In this document: positions 1 to 9,174 of the stretch, one piece after another
How the letters are laid out: each line of letters opens with the position of its first letter
Numbering within the stretch: position 1 is the stretch's first letter
Source of the DNA: Candidatus Velthaea sp.
GTDB lineage: Bacteria; Vulcanimicrobiota; Vulcanimicrobiia; Vulcanimicrobiales; Vulcanimicrobiaceae
Direction of reading: 5' to 3'
Length of the DNA stretch: 64,000 nt
NCBI GenBank assembly: GCA_050012475.1
Contig: JBEKHC010000004.1
Coordinates: 44,297 to 108,296, forward strand
Position numbers and translations under genes: made by a program
The notes under the pieces: generated by a model
Seen by the model: the letters and a program-made list of their open reading frames with translations, nothing else
Databases searched by the model: none
Told to the model about the DNA's origin: nothing

Positions 1-366
1 GTGTCGCGCCTCGACGAGATCAAGGCACCCAACTATGTGAACCACAACGCCTTCGCCGAACCGGGCCTTGAGGGATCAAAGAATGTCCTAGGCGCCATCA
101 TCGCGGGCGTGCCCGACCTCAAGGTAACCGCAGAAGACGTTATCGTTTCCGCAGATGGCTCCCGCGTGGTGGGCCGCTACCGTTACGAGGGCACGCACAC
201 GGGAAACATGCTCGGCTATTCCGGTACGGGCAAGCCCTTTGTCATGCGTTCGATCGACATCTGGCGGGTCGAGGACGGACGCTTCGTCGAGCATTGGGAC
301 GAGCTCAACACCCTCGAGGTCTTCATGCAAATCGGCGCGGTGCCACCTCCTCGCCAACCCTCATAA
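1..366 (+). CDS. SnoaL-like ester cyclase / NTF2-fold protein (probably 5'-truncated by the window edge)
   Basis: Pattern ..VVGRYRYEGTHTGNMLG..TGKPF..IDIWRVEDGRFVEHW is typical of SnoaL-like ester cyclases. Confidence 0.85.
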   Translation: MSRLDEIKAPNYVNHNAFAEPGLEGSKNVLGAIIAGVPDLKVTAEDVIVSADGSRVVGRYRYEGTHTGNMLGYSGTGKPFVMRSIDIWRVEDGRFVEHWDELNTLEVFMQIGAVPPPRQPS

Positions 367-513
367 GCTCGCGACCCCACTGGCCACCGATCCGGCTTAG
401 CTCTGTGATCGAAGCGGTGGGGAGCCCCGCATTCCTACTGGCCGCGATGGCCGGCGTTGCTCGACATCGCGACTAGAACACTTGACTCAATGTCACTCCG
501 AGGAGAAAGCCCT

Positions 514-837
514 ATGCGAACCTATGAGATGCGAGTATACTCGCTGCGCACGAAAGCGGTGCTCGAATTCTACGCTTCTACCGTCTATCCGCGACATTTC
601 AACAATTTTGGACGATTCGGTGTCGAGCCCCACGGCTTATGGACCCAGAAAGACGATGCAGCGCACCGGATCTTCGTCTTAGTTTCTTATGCGGAGGGTG
701 CCGATCCCATCGAGGTCGCGGAGCGCTACATAACAGGCCCAGAAGCTGCCGACGATGCAAGAGGCTTTGATGTCGCCGACATCCTAGACGTCAAATCAAC
801 GATACTGGTCCCATCAACCAATTCTCCGCTTAAATAG
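514..837 (+). CDS. NIPSNAP family protein
   Basis: MRTYEMRVYSLR..F.RFGVEPHGLW..RIFVLVSY..ILVPSTNSPLK; SD GAGGAG upstream of ATG 514. Confidence 0.8.
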   Translation: MRTYEMRVYSLRTKAVLEFYASTVYPRHFNNFGRFGVEPHGLWTQKDDAAHRIFVLVSYAEGADPIEVAERYITGPEAADDARGFDVADILDVKSTILVPSTNSPLK

Positions 838-1129
838 CGACCTGGGCTTCGACCTAGAACGAAGGATGAATTGTCTCGCGACATTGGGGATCCAGCGTAT
901 CGTTAGGCGACAAGTCAGTGCAATTGCGTGGCGACCCAAGCCGCGGGAAAGGGACGGACGCCGCGTACGAAACGACGCGAATTAGCTTCGCGCATCTTAG
1001 ATGTCATGCCGCGGGTGCAACCGTCCTCGGAAGCCGGCATTTCAAGCGGACGGTGCAGTGTACGGAAGCCGTCACGGCGGCTATGATGTTCGCTTCTTCC
1101 GTGACAGTGCGATCTGGTGTCCACCGGCC

Positions 1130-1345
1130 CCCCGAAGGGGGCATTCTGGTCATCTCGATTGCGATTTTTATCGTGCTAGGTTCGGTGCTCGAGGGAATCC
1201 CGGCTATCGTCCTTTGCGGCCCGCTCCCGTTCCCCATCGCGATGACTGCCGGCATCTCGGGAGTACACTTTGCGATTGTCGCGGTGCTTGCTACGGGATC
1301 GGCCTTTTCGCCCCGCCGTTTGGTGCCGGATATCGGGGTTGACCC
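1130..1345 (+). pseudogene. Remnant of a TRAP transporter large permease (DctM) C-terminus
   Basis: LVISIAIFIVLGSVLEGIPAIVLCGPLPFPIA..GISGVHFAIVAVLA continues in another frame as GIGLFAPPFGAG (frameshift near 1295); no N-terminal part present. Confidence 0.7.
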
Positions 1346-1920
1346 AACACTCGTACCACCAGGGGCCATCTGAAGGCCGCCTGAGTCGTCAGAGCGCGAG
1401 ACGAGCGTTCATATCGAGTTCGCAGCGGCCGTAATGGTTGACGTGGGCAGTCAAGAACATTGAACTCGCTCGCGATGCGAAGTCGTCGTCCAACGGGTGC
1501 ATTCGGTGGTCCGCATCCACTTGAACCGCAAGTCGAACGACTCGGACGTTTCGCCGACGTGAACCGCAAGCCGAACGACTCCGACGTTTCGCCGACGATA
1601 CGTGTTAATGACGCCCCGTTGCTTGGTTCGAAACATCGCGTGACTTGCAGTGAGATCGCTTGGAAAACAAGCCGGCTCGCATTTCGACGATACTTGAGGA
1701 GTTCGCTGCCTGAAAGACTTTGCCCGACTAGACAATAGCCGTGACGCCTGATAAGCTTCTGTTAGTTTTTTCGCAGCGTTACGACGCCGCTCACGCTGCA
1801 GAGCAATGAGTCGTCAGTGCCTCGCGATGTCGCCAGTCGTTCGCGTACATTCGTTTGCTCGCTTTAACGCTGAAAAGCTTTTGCGAAAAATCGACCTTGC
1901 GCTTGTGTTCGGGGGCAGTC

Positions 1921-3624
1921 ATGCGTCAGAGATTGTTGCGACCTCTCTTGGTGTTTACGATCGTCTTGGGTTTGGTTGAGACAGACCTGCCGCTTGCGGT
2001 CGGCGCCACAGATGCCGCTTCGGTGCTGCATCTGGGTCAGCTCGGGACGGCGCTGCAGCCAGGCCACGTCAACTTCCGTCTCGCGGCCGTTCGTGCGAAG
2101 GTCGCTTGTGCTTCACTCAAGGGCCGTGTTCTCGACTCCGTGTCGACCATCACCAGCGCGACCGATATTCCGGCGGCCACCGGCGTGCCGGCTCATTGCG
2201 AAATCATCGTCTCGGCGAAGAATACGCTGCACATCGCAATCGATTTGCCGAGCGCCTGGAATAGACGGAACTATGTCATCGGCAACGGCGGTTTCGGCGG
2301 CGGCTCCGTCCTGGCGGCAATGCCGACGAGCGGGCGAAATGCCGTGCTGGCGAACAACTTTGCGGTTGCGTCGAACGATGACGGCGAGCCGAACGCGAGC
2401 TTTTCGGATCCCAATTACGGCAGCTTTTTGGCGACCAATCCCGAGGGCCTGGTGGACTATTCTTATCGAGCGGTCCACCTTTCGGCGCTCTACGTAAAGC
2501 AGCTTTCGGCGCTCTTTTACGGACAGGCGGCAGCGGAAACGTATTTCGTCGGATGCTCCGACGGCGGTCGAGAGGGTTTGATCGAGGCCCAGCGCTTCCC
2601 TGATGATTTCAATGGGATCGTTGCCGGCGCGCCGGTCCTCGCCGACAGCGACTTGCAAATCCAAAACGCCTGGAACGTTCGCGCCTACGGCCAAGCGCCG
2701 TTCACCGTTTCACAATTGAATACGATCGCCGCGAGCGTCCTCGAGAAATGCGGCGAACGGCTCAACGGTACGGCCGACGGAATCGTTGCCGATCCGCGAC
2801 TTTGCCAATTCGTCGCGACGCGCGATATCCCGCAGTGCAGCGGAGCGCCGACGGCGTTGTGCCTCACGGCGGCCCAGACCGCGGCCTATCAACAAATGAT
2901 TATCGGCCCGATCAGCAAGGGGCAAATCTACTTCCCCGGCATGCCGGTCGGGTCGGAAGCAAACTGGGCCGGCGCAATCGTACCGGAAAGCCCCGGAACG
3001 ATCACAACGCAGCAATTGCTGGGCGACAACTGGATCCGGTTTGCGCTCGGATATCAAACCGGCAAGACGTTCAACCCCGCAACGTTCAACTACGATACGG
3101 ACCCCTACTTCGATAACAATCTCGAACCCATCCACGCGATCTCGGATGCGACGAACACCGATTTGACGGCCTTCGAGCGCAAGGGCGGCAAGATGATCAG
3201 CTACGTCGGCTGGGCCGATCCGCTCGTCGGTCCGTGGTCGCTCGTGGGCTACTACGAATCCGTGGAGAGCCGGCTGGGCACCGCGTCGACGCTGGGATTC
3301 TATCGCATGTTCACCTTGCCTGGCGTCGCCCACTGCGCCGGAGGCACCGGACCTGACACGATCAATCCGTTCTCGGCGCTGGTCGATTGGGTCGAAAGCG
3401 GCTTCAGTCCCAACACGCTCATCGCCAGCAAATTGGATACTGCGGGCAACGTCTTGTTTCAACGCTTGCTGTGCATGTATCCGTACATCGGCCAGTTCAT
3501 CGACGGCAGCAATGCGAACTCGGCCAGCAGTTGGACGTGCATCCCGGGCCCGACGGGCGTGCCGCTCACCGGATATCCAAACCGCGATCCGTTCGACTCG
3601 CGCTTCCACGCCATCTCACCCTGA
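1921..3624 (+). CDS. Secreted tannase/feruloyl esterase family alpha/beta hydrolase
   Basis: GNGGFGG, GCSDGGREG nucleophile motif, WAD acid, VAHCAGG (CS-D-HC pattern); hydrophobic N-terminus. Confidence 0.92.
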   Translation: MRQRLLRPLLVFTIVLGLVETDLPLAVGATDAASVLHLGQLGTALQPGHVNFRLAAVRAKVACASLKGRVLDSVSTITSATDIPAATGVPAHCEIIVSAKNTLHIAIDLPSAWNRRNYVIGNGGFGGGSVLAAMPTSGRNAVLANNFAVASNDDGEPNASFSDPNYGSFLATNPEGLVDYSYRAVHLSALYVKQLSALFYGQAAAETYFVGCSDGGREGLIEAQRFPDDFNGIVAGAPVLADSDLQIQNAWNVRAYGQAPFTVSQLNTIAASVLEKCGERLNGTADGIVADPRLCQFVATRDIPQCSGAPTALCLTAAQTAAYQQMIIGPISKGQIYFPGMPVGSEANWAGAIVPESPGTITTQQLLGDNWIRFALGYQTGKTFNPATFNYDTDPYFDNNLEPIHAISDATNTDLTAFERKGGKMISYVGWADPLVGPWSLVGYYESVESRLGTASTLGFYRMFTLPGVAHCAGGTGPDTINPFSALVDWVESGFSPNTLIASKLDTAGNVLFQRLLCMYPYIGQFIDGSNANSASSWTCIPGPTGVPLTGYPNRDPFDSRFHAISP

Positions 3625-3683
3625 GCCGGTCCGATCACGATCTCGAGAGCAAGCAGGCCTGGACATCGCTGCCCGGTGCATAC

Positions 3684-4298
3684 ATGCTCATGCATTCCAA
3701 GCTCTCCATCGAGTCGTCCGGCCGCGGCGTTGCCCGAAATCTGCTTGCGCTTTCGTCCTGCGTCGTAACGGCCGTCCTTTGCCTGCTGGCACTCGCGACG
3801 GTCGTCGCCGCACCGGCCGAGCCGAGCTCGCCCAGTGCTGTCGTGCCCTCCGGAACGCGCCTGCGCTTCCATTTGACGACGCCGCTGGCGTCCGATCGCA
3901 ACAAAGCCGGCGACACATTCACGTTTGCCTTGCTCGATCCGATCGTCGTCGACGGCCAGGAACTCGTTGCGGCGGGATCCGCCGGGATGGGGACGGTCCT
4001 GGTTTCAGGCCATAACGGCACGTTGGGCCACGAGGGCGACCTGACGCTGCGGCTCGACCGGATCCGCGTTTCCGGCGCCGCATATCTGCGTTTCGCCGAT
4101 CAACAATTCGAGGTCAATGGAGGCAACCGCAAAGCCGAATCGCGCGTCCTCGGCATCATTCCGGACGCGGGCATCGCGGCGCTGTTCATGCGTGGTAAAG
4201 AGATCCGGCTGAGCACCGCTACCCCGATCCAAACCGTCCTAACGCGTCCGGCGACGATCGGTGCCGTCACTCCCGCGCCTCTCGCGAGCCCAACGTAA
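3684..4298 (+). CDS. Hypothetical exported beta-rich protein (VPxGT..L.L...S....GD.F pattern)
   Basis: Signal-like segment followed by VVPSGTRLRFHLTTPLASDRNKAGDTF; start uncertain. Confidence 0.65.
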   Translation: MLMHSKLSIESSGRGVARNLLALSSCVVTAVLCLLALATVVAAPAEPSSPSAVVPSGTRLRFHLTTPLASDRNKAGDTFTFALLDPIVVDGQELVAAGSAGMGTVLVSGHNGTLGHEGDLTLRLDRIRVSGAAYLRFADQQFEVNGGNRKAESRVLGIIPDAGIAALFMRGKEIRLSTATPIQTVLTRPATIGAVTPAPLASPT

Positions 4299-4322
4299 GG
4301 GCTTCGCGGCGGCCTGCGCGCC

Positions 4323-5333
4323 TCATTTCAGATAGCGCGCGACGTTGGCGTTGTGTTCGGCGAGCGTGCGCGCGAAAGCATGGTGGCCGTCGCCTTTATA
4401 GACGTAGAACAGATAGTCCGACGTGCGCGGCTCGAAGGCGGCATCGAGCGACGCCTTCCCGGGATTAGCAATCGGCGTCGGCGGCAAACCGGTGCGCAGA
4501 TAGGTGTTGTACGGCGATTGGATCGCTAAATCGCTTTTGGTAATGACCGTGTGGTGCTCCGGGAAGATATATTCGATCGTCGCGTCGACTTCTAGCGGCA
4601 TGCCCAAGCGTAAGCGATTGTAATACACTCCAGCCATCAGGGCGCGCTCGTCGTCGGCCTTCGCTTCGCGCTCTACCAGCGAGGCAATCGTCACGACCTC
4701 GGGAACGGTGCGGCCCAGCGCCCGCGCGCGGACAGCGGCGTCAGCCGGCAATTCTTTGCGGAATTGATCGGTCATGATCTTCGCCGCCCCGGCCGGGGTC
4801 ACGTCGAGCGGCACCAAGTACGTGCTCGGGAAAAGGTAACCCTCGAGCGTCGGGGTCCGGTGACCGTCGAGATCGATCCCGTCGTGCGCGAAGAGGGTGT
4901 CGTACGCTGCGGCGGTGCCGAGTTTTCGGGCGGCGAACGTCTGCGCGATCTCGCGGGCGGTAAAACCTTCGGGGATCGTTACCCACACGGCGACTTGCGC
5001 TTCGCCGGCGACGAGTTTGCGCAGGATCTCGTCGCTGGTCTCATGCGGCGCGAACGCATATTCGCCGGCCTTGACGCCGGCCTCGTCGCCGCGCATGCGC
5101 GCCAGAATGCGAAATGCGATGGGATGCGCCAACACGCCGGCCGCCTGAAGCGCAGCGACGACGCCGCCGAAGGTCTCGCCGCGCGGGATCACGACCGACG
5201 CCTGCGTTTGCGGCAGCGATCGATCCCCATAGACCGCGTTGCGAAACCAGAGCGCCGAAGCCGTGACGAGCATGGCGACCATCACCAGGATCGCCACCGA
5301 CGTGTCGAACAGCGCGCGCCGGACGCGTTTCAC
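4323..5333 (-). CDS. mltG: Endolytic transglycosylase MltG
   Basis: TIPEGF, LEGYLFPSTY, ASLVERE, NRL..GMPL, SPYNTY..GLPPTPI.NPG, YLFYV. Confidence 0.96.
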   Translation of the reverse strand: MKRVRRALFDTSVAILVMVAMLVTASALWFRNAVYGDRSLPQTQASVVIPRGETFGGVVAALQAAGVLAHPIAFRILARMRGDEAGVKAGEYAFAPHETSDEILRKLVAGEAQVAVWVTIPEGFTAREIAQTFAARKLGTAAAYDTLFAHDGIDLDGHRTPTLEGYLFPSTYLVPLDVTPAGAAKIMTDQFRKELPADAAVRARALGRTVPEVVTIASLVEREAKADDERALMAGVYYNRLRLGMPLEVDATIEYIFPEHHTVITKSDLAIQSPYNTYLRTGLPPTPIANPGKASLDAAFEPRTSDYLFYVYKGDGHHAFARTLAEHNANVARYLK

Positions 5334-5743
5334 CCGTTGCGACGCCGCCGCAGATAGGTATCGAGGATCATCGCCGCGGCCAGCTTATCGACGACCGTGC
5401 GCCGCTTTTTGCGTGAGAAATCGGCGGCGATGAGCGATTTCTGCACCGCCGCCGTCGTCAGCCGCTCGTCGACCAGCTCGATCGCACCATCGAATGCGCG
5501 GGCCAGATGGGCGACGAAGGCGTCGACCGTTTTCGCCGATAGACCGCGCTCGCCCGCCAGCGTCAGCGGATCGCCGACGATGATGGTCCGCGCCGCGCGC
5601 TCGCGAGCGATCGCAACGATGCGCTCGACGTCGGCACGCACGTTGGTGCGTTCGATCGTGTCGAACGGCAGTGCCATCGTGCCGACGCTCACGGCCACGC
5701 CGATCCGTCGCTCGCCGACGTCGAGCGCGATGATGCTGTCCAT
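5330..5743 (-). CDS. ruvX: Holliday-junction-resolvase-like / pre-16S rRNA nuclease YqgF
   Basis: ALDVGERRIGVA, VDERLTT, VDKLAAAMIL; alternative TTG start at 5752 overlaps the recO stop. Confidence 0.95.
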   Translation of the reverse strand: MDSIIALDVGERRIGVAVSVGTMALPFDTIERTNVRADVERIVAIARERAARTIIVGDPLTLAGERGLSAKTVDAFVAHLARAFDGAIELVDERLTTAAVQKSLIAADFSRKKRRTVVDKLAAAMILDTYLRRRRNG

Positions 5744-5748
5744 CGCCG

Positions 5749-6492
5749 TCAAACCGGAAACGTGTCGAGCAGACCGCGCGATTTCGGCCGCTTGCCGAGA
5801 TGCCAATTCACGAGTTCATCGATCGCCCGCGCGGTGCGCGGCGTAGCGGTCGCCGCAGCGCGGATCGGACCGCCGCGCACTGCGCCGACGGCACGGAAGT
5901 TGGCGACGTCGTCCGGCCGCAGATGGTTGATGTCGCCTCGCCCCCCGCCGCAACGCTCGCACGTCAAGCCGCCCGCATCGACGTCGAGCCAGGCGCCGCG
6001 ATCGTTGAAAGGCGCACTGCACCGCACGCAAGCATCGTCGGGGGGCGCCAGACCCAGAGCGCCCAGTAACCGCAACTCGAAGCGCGGCACGAGCGAGGCC
6101 GGATCGGCGCTTGCCGCCAATGCCGGCGCCGCCGCGCTCAACAATGCGTACACGTCGGGCAGCGGCAGATCCAGCTCACAGAAGGCGTCGACCACTTCGG
6201 CCAGCAGCGAGGCGGCGGCGAACGTTGCGGGGTCGACGAGGCCTTGCCAATGGCTGCGCAACGTCTGCACCGAGGTGATCACGTCGAGGTTTCTCCCCCG
6301 ATGCAGCGTGACTCGAACCTCCGATAAGAACGCCAATTGCCCACCCACCGCGCTTCGCGGCCGGCGAACGCCTTTCCCGACGGCATCGAGCTTGCCGCGC
6401 CCGGTCGAAAACAAGGTGAAGATCCGATCGGCTTCGCCCAACTGGCGCGAGCGAAGCACCATCGCGTCCGTGGTATAGCTGCGCTCGGTCAG
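5749..6492 (-). CDS. recO: DNA repair protein RecO (start re-assigned to CTG 6492; first canonical ATG is 6462)
   Basis: VLRSRQLGEADRIFTLFS..GKL..KGVRRP, CxxC..CxxC zinc finger; SD GGAGG precedes a CTG overlapping the cdd stop. Confidence 0.93.
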   Translation of the reverse strand: MTERSYTTDAMVLRSRQLGEADRIFTLFSTGRGKLDAVGKGVRRPRSAVGGQLAFLSEVRVTLHRGRNLDVITSVQTLRSHWQGLVDPATFAAASLLAEVVDAFCELDLPLPDVYALLSAAAPALAASADPASLVPRFELRLLGALGLAPPDDACVRCSAPFNDRGAWLDVDAGGLTCERCGGGRGDINHLRPDDVANFRAVGAVRGGPIRAAATATPRTARAIDELVNWHLGKRPKSRGLLDTFPV

Positions 6493-6923
6493 CGCACTCC
6501 TCCGGACGGTTCCGGACCGGGGTGCGCCGATTCCAGATCGCCCGGGCTGAACGGTTCGGGCAACAAGGCCGACAGCAGCACCACCCGCAGCGAACCGTCA
6601 TCGTCGAAAATCACCTGCATGCCGGCGCCAAACTCGTGCAAGACCTGGCGGCACGCACCACAAGGCATCGTGCGCACGCCGCGCGGGCCCGCGACGGCGA
6701 TGGCCTCGAAGTATTGCACCCCTTCGCCCAGCGCACGATACACGGCGATGCGCTCAGCGCACATCGACAGCCCATAGGACGCATTTTCGACGTTTGCGCC
6801 GGTGAAGACTCGGCCATCCGCTCCAACGAGCGCTGCTCCGACGCGAAACTGCGAATACGGCGCGTAGGAACGCTCGCGCGCGGCGAGGGCGGCGGCGAGC
6901 AGCTCAGACGGTTCGAGCGGCAT
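6489..6923 (-). CDS. cdd: Cytidine deaminase
   Basis: YAPYSQFRVGAAL, GANVENASYGLSMCAER, PCGACRQ. Confidence 0.97.
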   Translation of the reverse strand: MPLEPSELLAAALAARERSYAPYSQFRVGAALVGADGRVFTGANVENASYGLSMCAERIAVYRALGEGVQYFEAIAVAGPRGVRTMPCGACRQVLHEFGAGMQVIFDDDGSLRVVLLSALLPEPFSPGDLESAHPGPEPSGGVR

Positions 6924-8217
6924 CCTTGACCTCGTCCTCGAAGGCGACGGGCGGATGCGCTTTGCCGTTCGTCAGGACGCGGACGGCGAGGATGCGGCGG
7001 CCACGCGTTCGATCGACGCGCAGCTTCACGCCCGTGCCGGCTTCGATCTCTTCGCCTTCGCGCGGCAGCCGGCCGAACAGGCCTACGGTGTAGCCGCCGA
7101 TGGTCTCGAATTCTTCGTGCGGCAGCTCGATGCCCAACTCGGCGTTGACGTCTTCGATGTTCGTGCCTGCTTCGACGATCGACTCGTCTTCCCCGATGCG
7201 CCTGATCGCTTCTTCCTCGCCCTCGTCGTGCTCGTCGCGAATCTCGCCGACGATTTCTTCGAGCAGATCCTCCATCGTCACGAGCCCGGCGGTCCCGCCG
7301 TACTCGTCGAGCACGATTGCCAGCGAGAACTTGTTGCGCTGCATCTCGCGCAGCAATTCGGAGATGCGCTTGTTTTCGGGCACGTGCGTGACCGGACGCA
7401 TGAGCGAACGCAGCGAGACGCTCGCGATCGCTCCGTTCGACAGCGCGATGAGCAATTCACGATCGTGGACGACGCCGATGACGTTGTCGATCGTTTCGTC
7501 GTAAATCGGCAGCTTCGAGTAGCCTTCGGCGATCACGAGATCCAGCGCGCGGCGCGGCGACGACGAAACGGCAACCGAGACCATGTCCGGACGCGGCGTC
7601 ATCACCTCGCGCACGATCGTATCGCCGAACTCGATGATCGAATGGATGAGCTCGCGCTCTTCTTCCTCGAGCACATTTTGCTCGACGCCGACGTTGACGA
7701 GCGTCTTGATGTCTTCTTCGGTCACGTACGGCCCAACGTGCGGTTGCCCGCCAAAGAGACGGACAAGCGCGCTGGAGGCTCTGAGAAACGTCCAGGTGAG
7801 CGGGGTCAAGATCCAGGTCGCGATGCGCAGCGGCGGGGCGATGCGCAAAGCCCACTTCTCGCTGTTCCCGACCGCCACGGTCTTGGGGATGATCTCACCA
7901 AAGACCAGGATGATCACCGTCATGCAGACCGTCGACCAAATCGCGGCGTTGGGAATGTCGGCGCGGATGAACAGGTAGGTCGCGACCGAGTCGGCCGCCA
8001 GCAAAACGAAGGTGCTGCCGATCAAGATGGTCGTGAGCGTCCGGTTCCGATCTTCGAGCAGACGCGCGACCAAATCGGCGTTTTTCACGTGTTTCTCGGC
8101 GAGCGCGCGGATTTTTATCCGGCTGACGGAGACGATCGCCGCTTCCGAAGCCGCAAAAAAAGCGGCAGCTGCCGTCAGCACGATCAGTGCGACGACTTCG
8201 GGCGAAGTAGGATTCAT
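6904..8217 (-). CDS. CNNM/CorB (hemolysin-family) transporter: DUF21 TM domain, two CBS domains, CorC_HlyC
   Basis: FFAASEAA, VFGEIIPK, VREVMTPR, YSKLPIY, VLDEYGGTAGLVTMEDLLEEIVGEIRDEHD, ETIGGY. Confidence 0.93.
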   Translation of the reverse strand: MNPTSPEVVALIVLTAAAAFFAASEAAIVSVSRIKIRALAEKHVKNADLVARLLEDRNRTLTTILIGSTFVLLAADSVATYLFIRADIPNAAIWSTVCMTVIILVFGEIIPKTVAVGNSEKWALRIAPPLRIATWILTPLTWTFLRASSALVRLFGGQPHVGPYVTEEDIKTLVNVGVEQNVLEEEERELIHSIIEFGDTIVREVMTPRPDMVSVAVSSSPRRALDLVIAEGYSKLPIYDETIDNVIGVVHDRELLIALSNGAIASVSLRSLMRPVTHVPENKRISELLREMQRNKFSLAIVLDEYGGTAGLVTMEDLLEEIVGEIRDEHDEGEEEAIRRIGEDESIVEAGTNIEDVNAELGIELPHEEFETIGGYTVGLFGRLPREGEEIEAGTGVKLRVDRTRGRRILAVRVLTNGKAHPPVAFEDEVKDAARTV

Positions 8218-8300
8218 TGGATCGCCGGCGGCGCCTCGCAGTGAAACGGCGGAGGCGTCCACGGCCTTGCAGAGGCCGCAGGTAGTGGGTCAGTGCTCAA
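8214..8300 (-). CDS. Putative 28-aa proline-rich upstream ORF / leader peptide (MSTDPLPAASARPWTPPPFHCEAPPAIQ)
   Basis: TTG lies 8 nt after a perfect extended -10; its TGA overlaps the CNNM ATG (ATGA). Confidence 0.4.
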   Translation of the reverse strand: MSTDPLPAASARPWTPPPFHCEAPPAIQ

Positions 8301-8308
8301 GCCGGGCC

Positions 8309-8317
8309 ATTATAGCA
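8309..8317 (-). promoter_or_regulatory. Extended -10 promoter TGcTATAAT overlapping the dgkA stop
   Basis: Minus strand reads GTTGTGCTATAATGG; perfect TGnTATAAT. Confidence 0.65.
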
Positions 8318-9068
8318 CAACCGGCAACGCCATCACGGTCCAAATACCATAACTTACCCCTGCGCCCAGCAAACCGCCCCAAAACACCTCGCGCGCCGAG
8401 TGAATCCCCGACTCGACGCGGCTCTGGGTGACGAGAATGGCCAGGAACAGCGCCAGGCTGGCGAGCAGAGCGCTGCGTGAAAGCAGCGCGATGAACGTCG
8501 CGGCGGCAAAGGCGAGGGCCGCATGGCCCGATACCGCTCCGCCTTGTAGGGCCGAGCCGTGACCGATCCGGGCTTTGACCACGATCGTCACGATGCCGAC
8601 GATCACGAGCGCGATGAAGACCGCATTCGCCGGCAGCGCCAGAACGGCGCGATAGACGCGGTCGCCGCCCGCGAGGATGCCTTCGTAAAATGTAAGATAA
8701 CCTACCACGACCGCCGCGAACGCCACCACCAGCACGGCTCCGGCCGCCGCGTCTTTCGCAACTTTAGCAAGCGGATGGCTGAGTTCGATCATGAGGTCGA
8801 TGATGGCTTCGACCGCCGTATTGACCAGCTCGAAGGCGAGCACGACCGCGACCATGATGACGATGCCGATCACATAGGGCCGTTGCAGCCGCAAATACAG
8901 CGTGGCCGCAAGCACCAGCGCCGCCGCGATCCAGTGGATGCGCATGTTCAGCTGCGTCCGCGTGGCGTAGATGATGCCCTCAAAGGCATAGTGAAACGCC
9001 CGCAGCACGGGATTTTCGGCGACGAGCTTGACGCGCGGGAGCGCGCGAACTAAACGCGGATCTCGGAT
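8310..9068 (-). CDS. dgkA: DgkA-type undecaprenol/diacylglycerol kinase fused to a PAP2-like phosphatase domain (start uncertain)
   Basis: AFHYAFEGI..NMRIH, ELVNTAVEAIIDL..HPLAKVAKDAAAGAVL; C-terminal SGH and SRVESGIH motifs. Confidence 0.88.
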   Translation of the reverse strand: MRDPRLVRALPRVKLVAENPVLRAFHYAFEGIIYATRTQLNMRIHWIAAALVLAATLYLRLQRPYVIGIVIMVAVVLAFELVNTAVEAIIDLMIELSHPLAKVAKDAAAGAVLVVAFAAVVVGYLTFYEGILAGGDRVYRAVLALPANAVFIALVIVGIVTIVVKARIGHGSALQGGAVSGHAALAFAAATFIALLSRSALLASLALFLAILVTQSRVESGIHSAREVFWGGLLGAGVSYGIWTVMALPVVL

Positions 9069-9174
9069 GACCGTCCTCCGCCGGTGACAACCGGCATACG
9101 AGCATATCTTCGGCACCGCGGGCAAGGGTGCTTGCTTGCCGCACCCGCCAAGCTCGCGGCTCTGGCGTGCATCG

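Noticed and set aside
1451..1738. Short ORFs on both strands in the islet spacer
   Set aside because: No recognisable motif or SD; cannot be supported.
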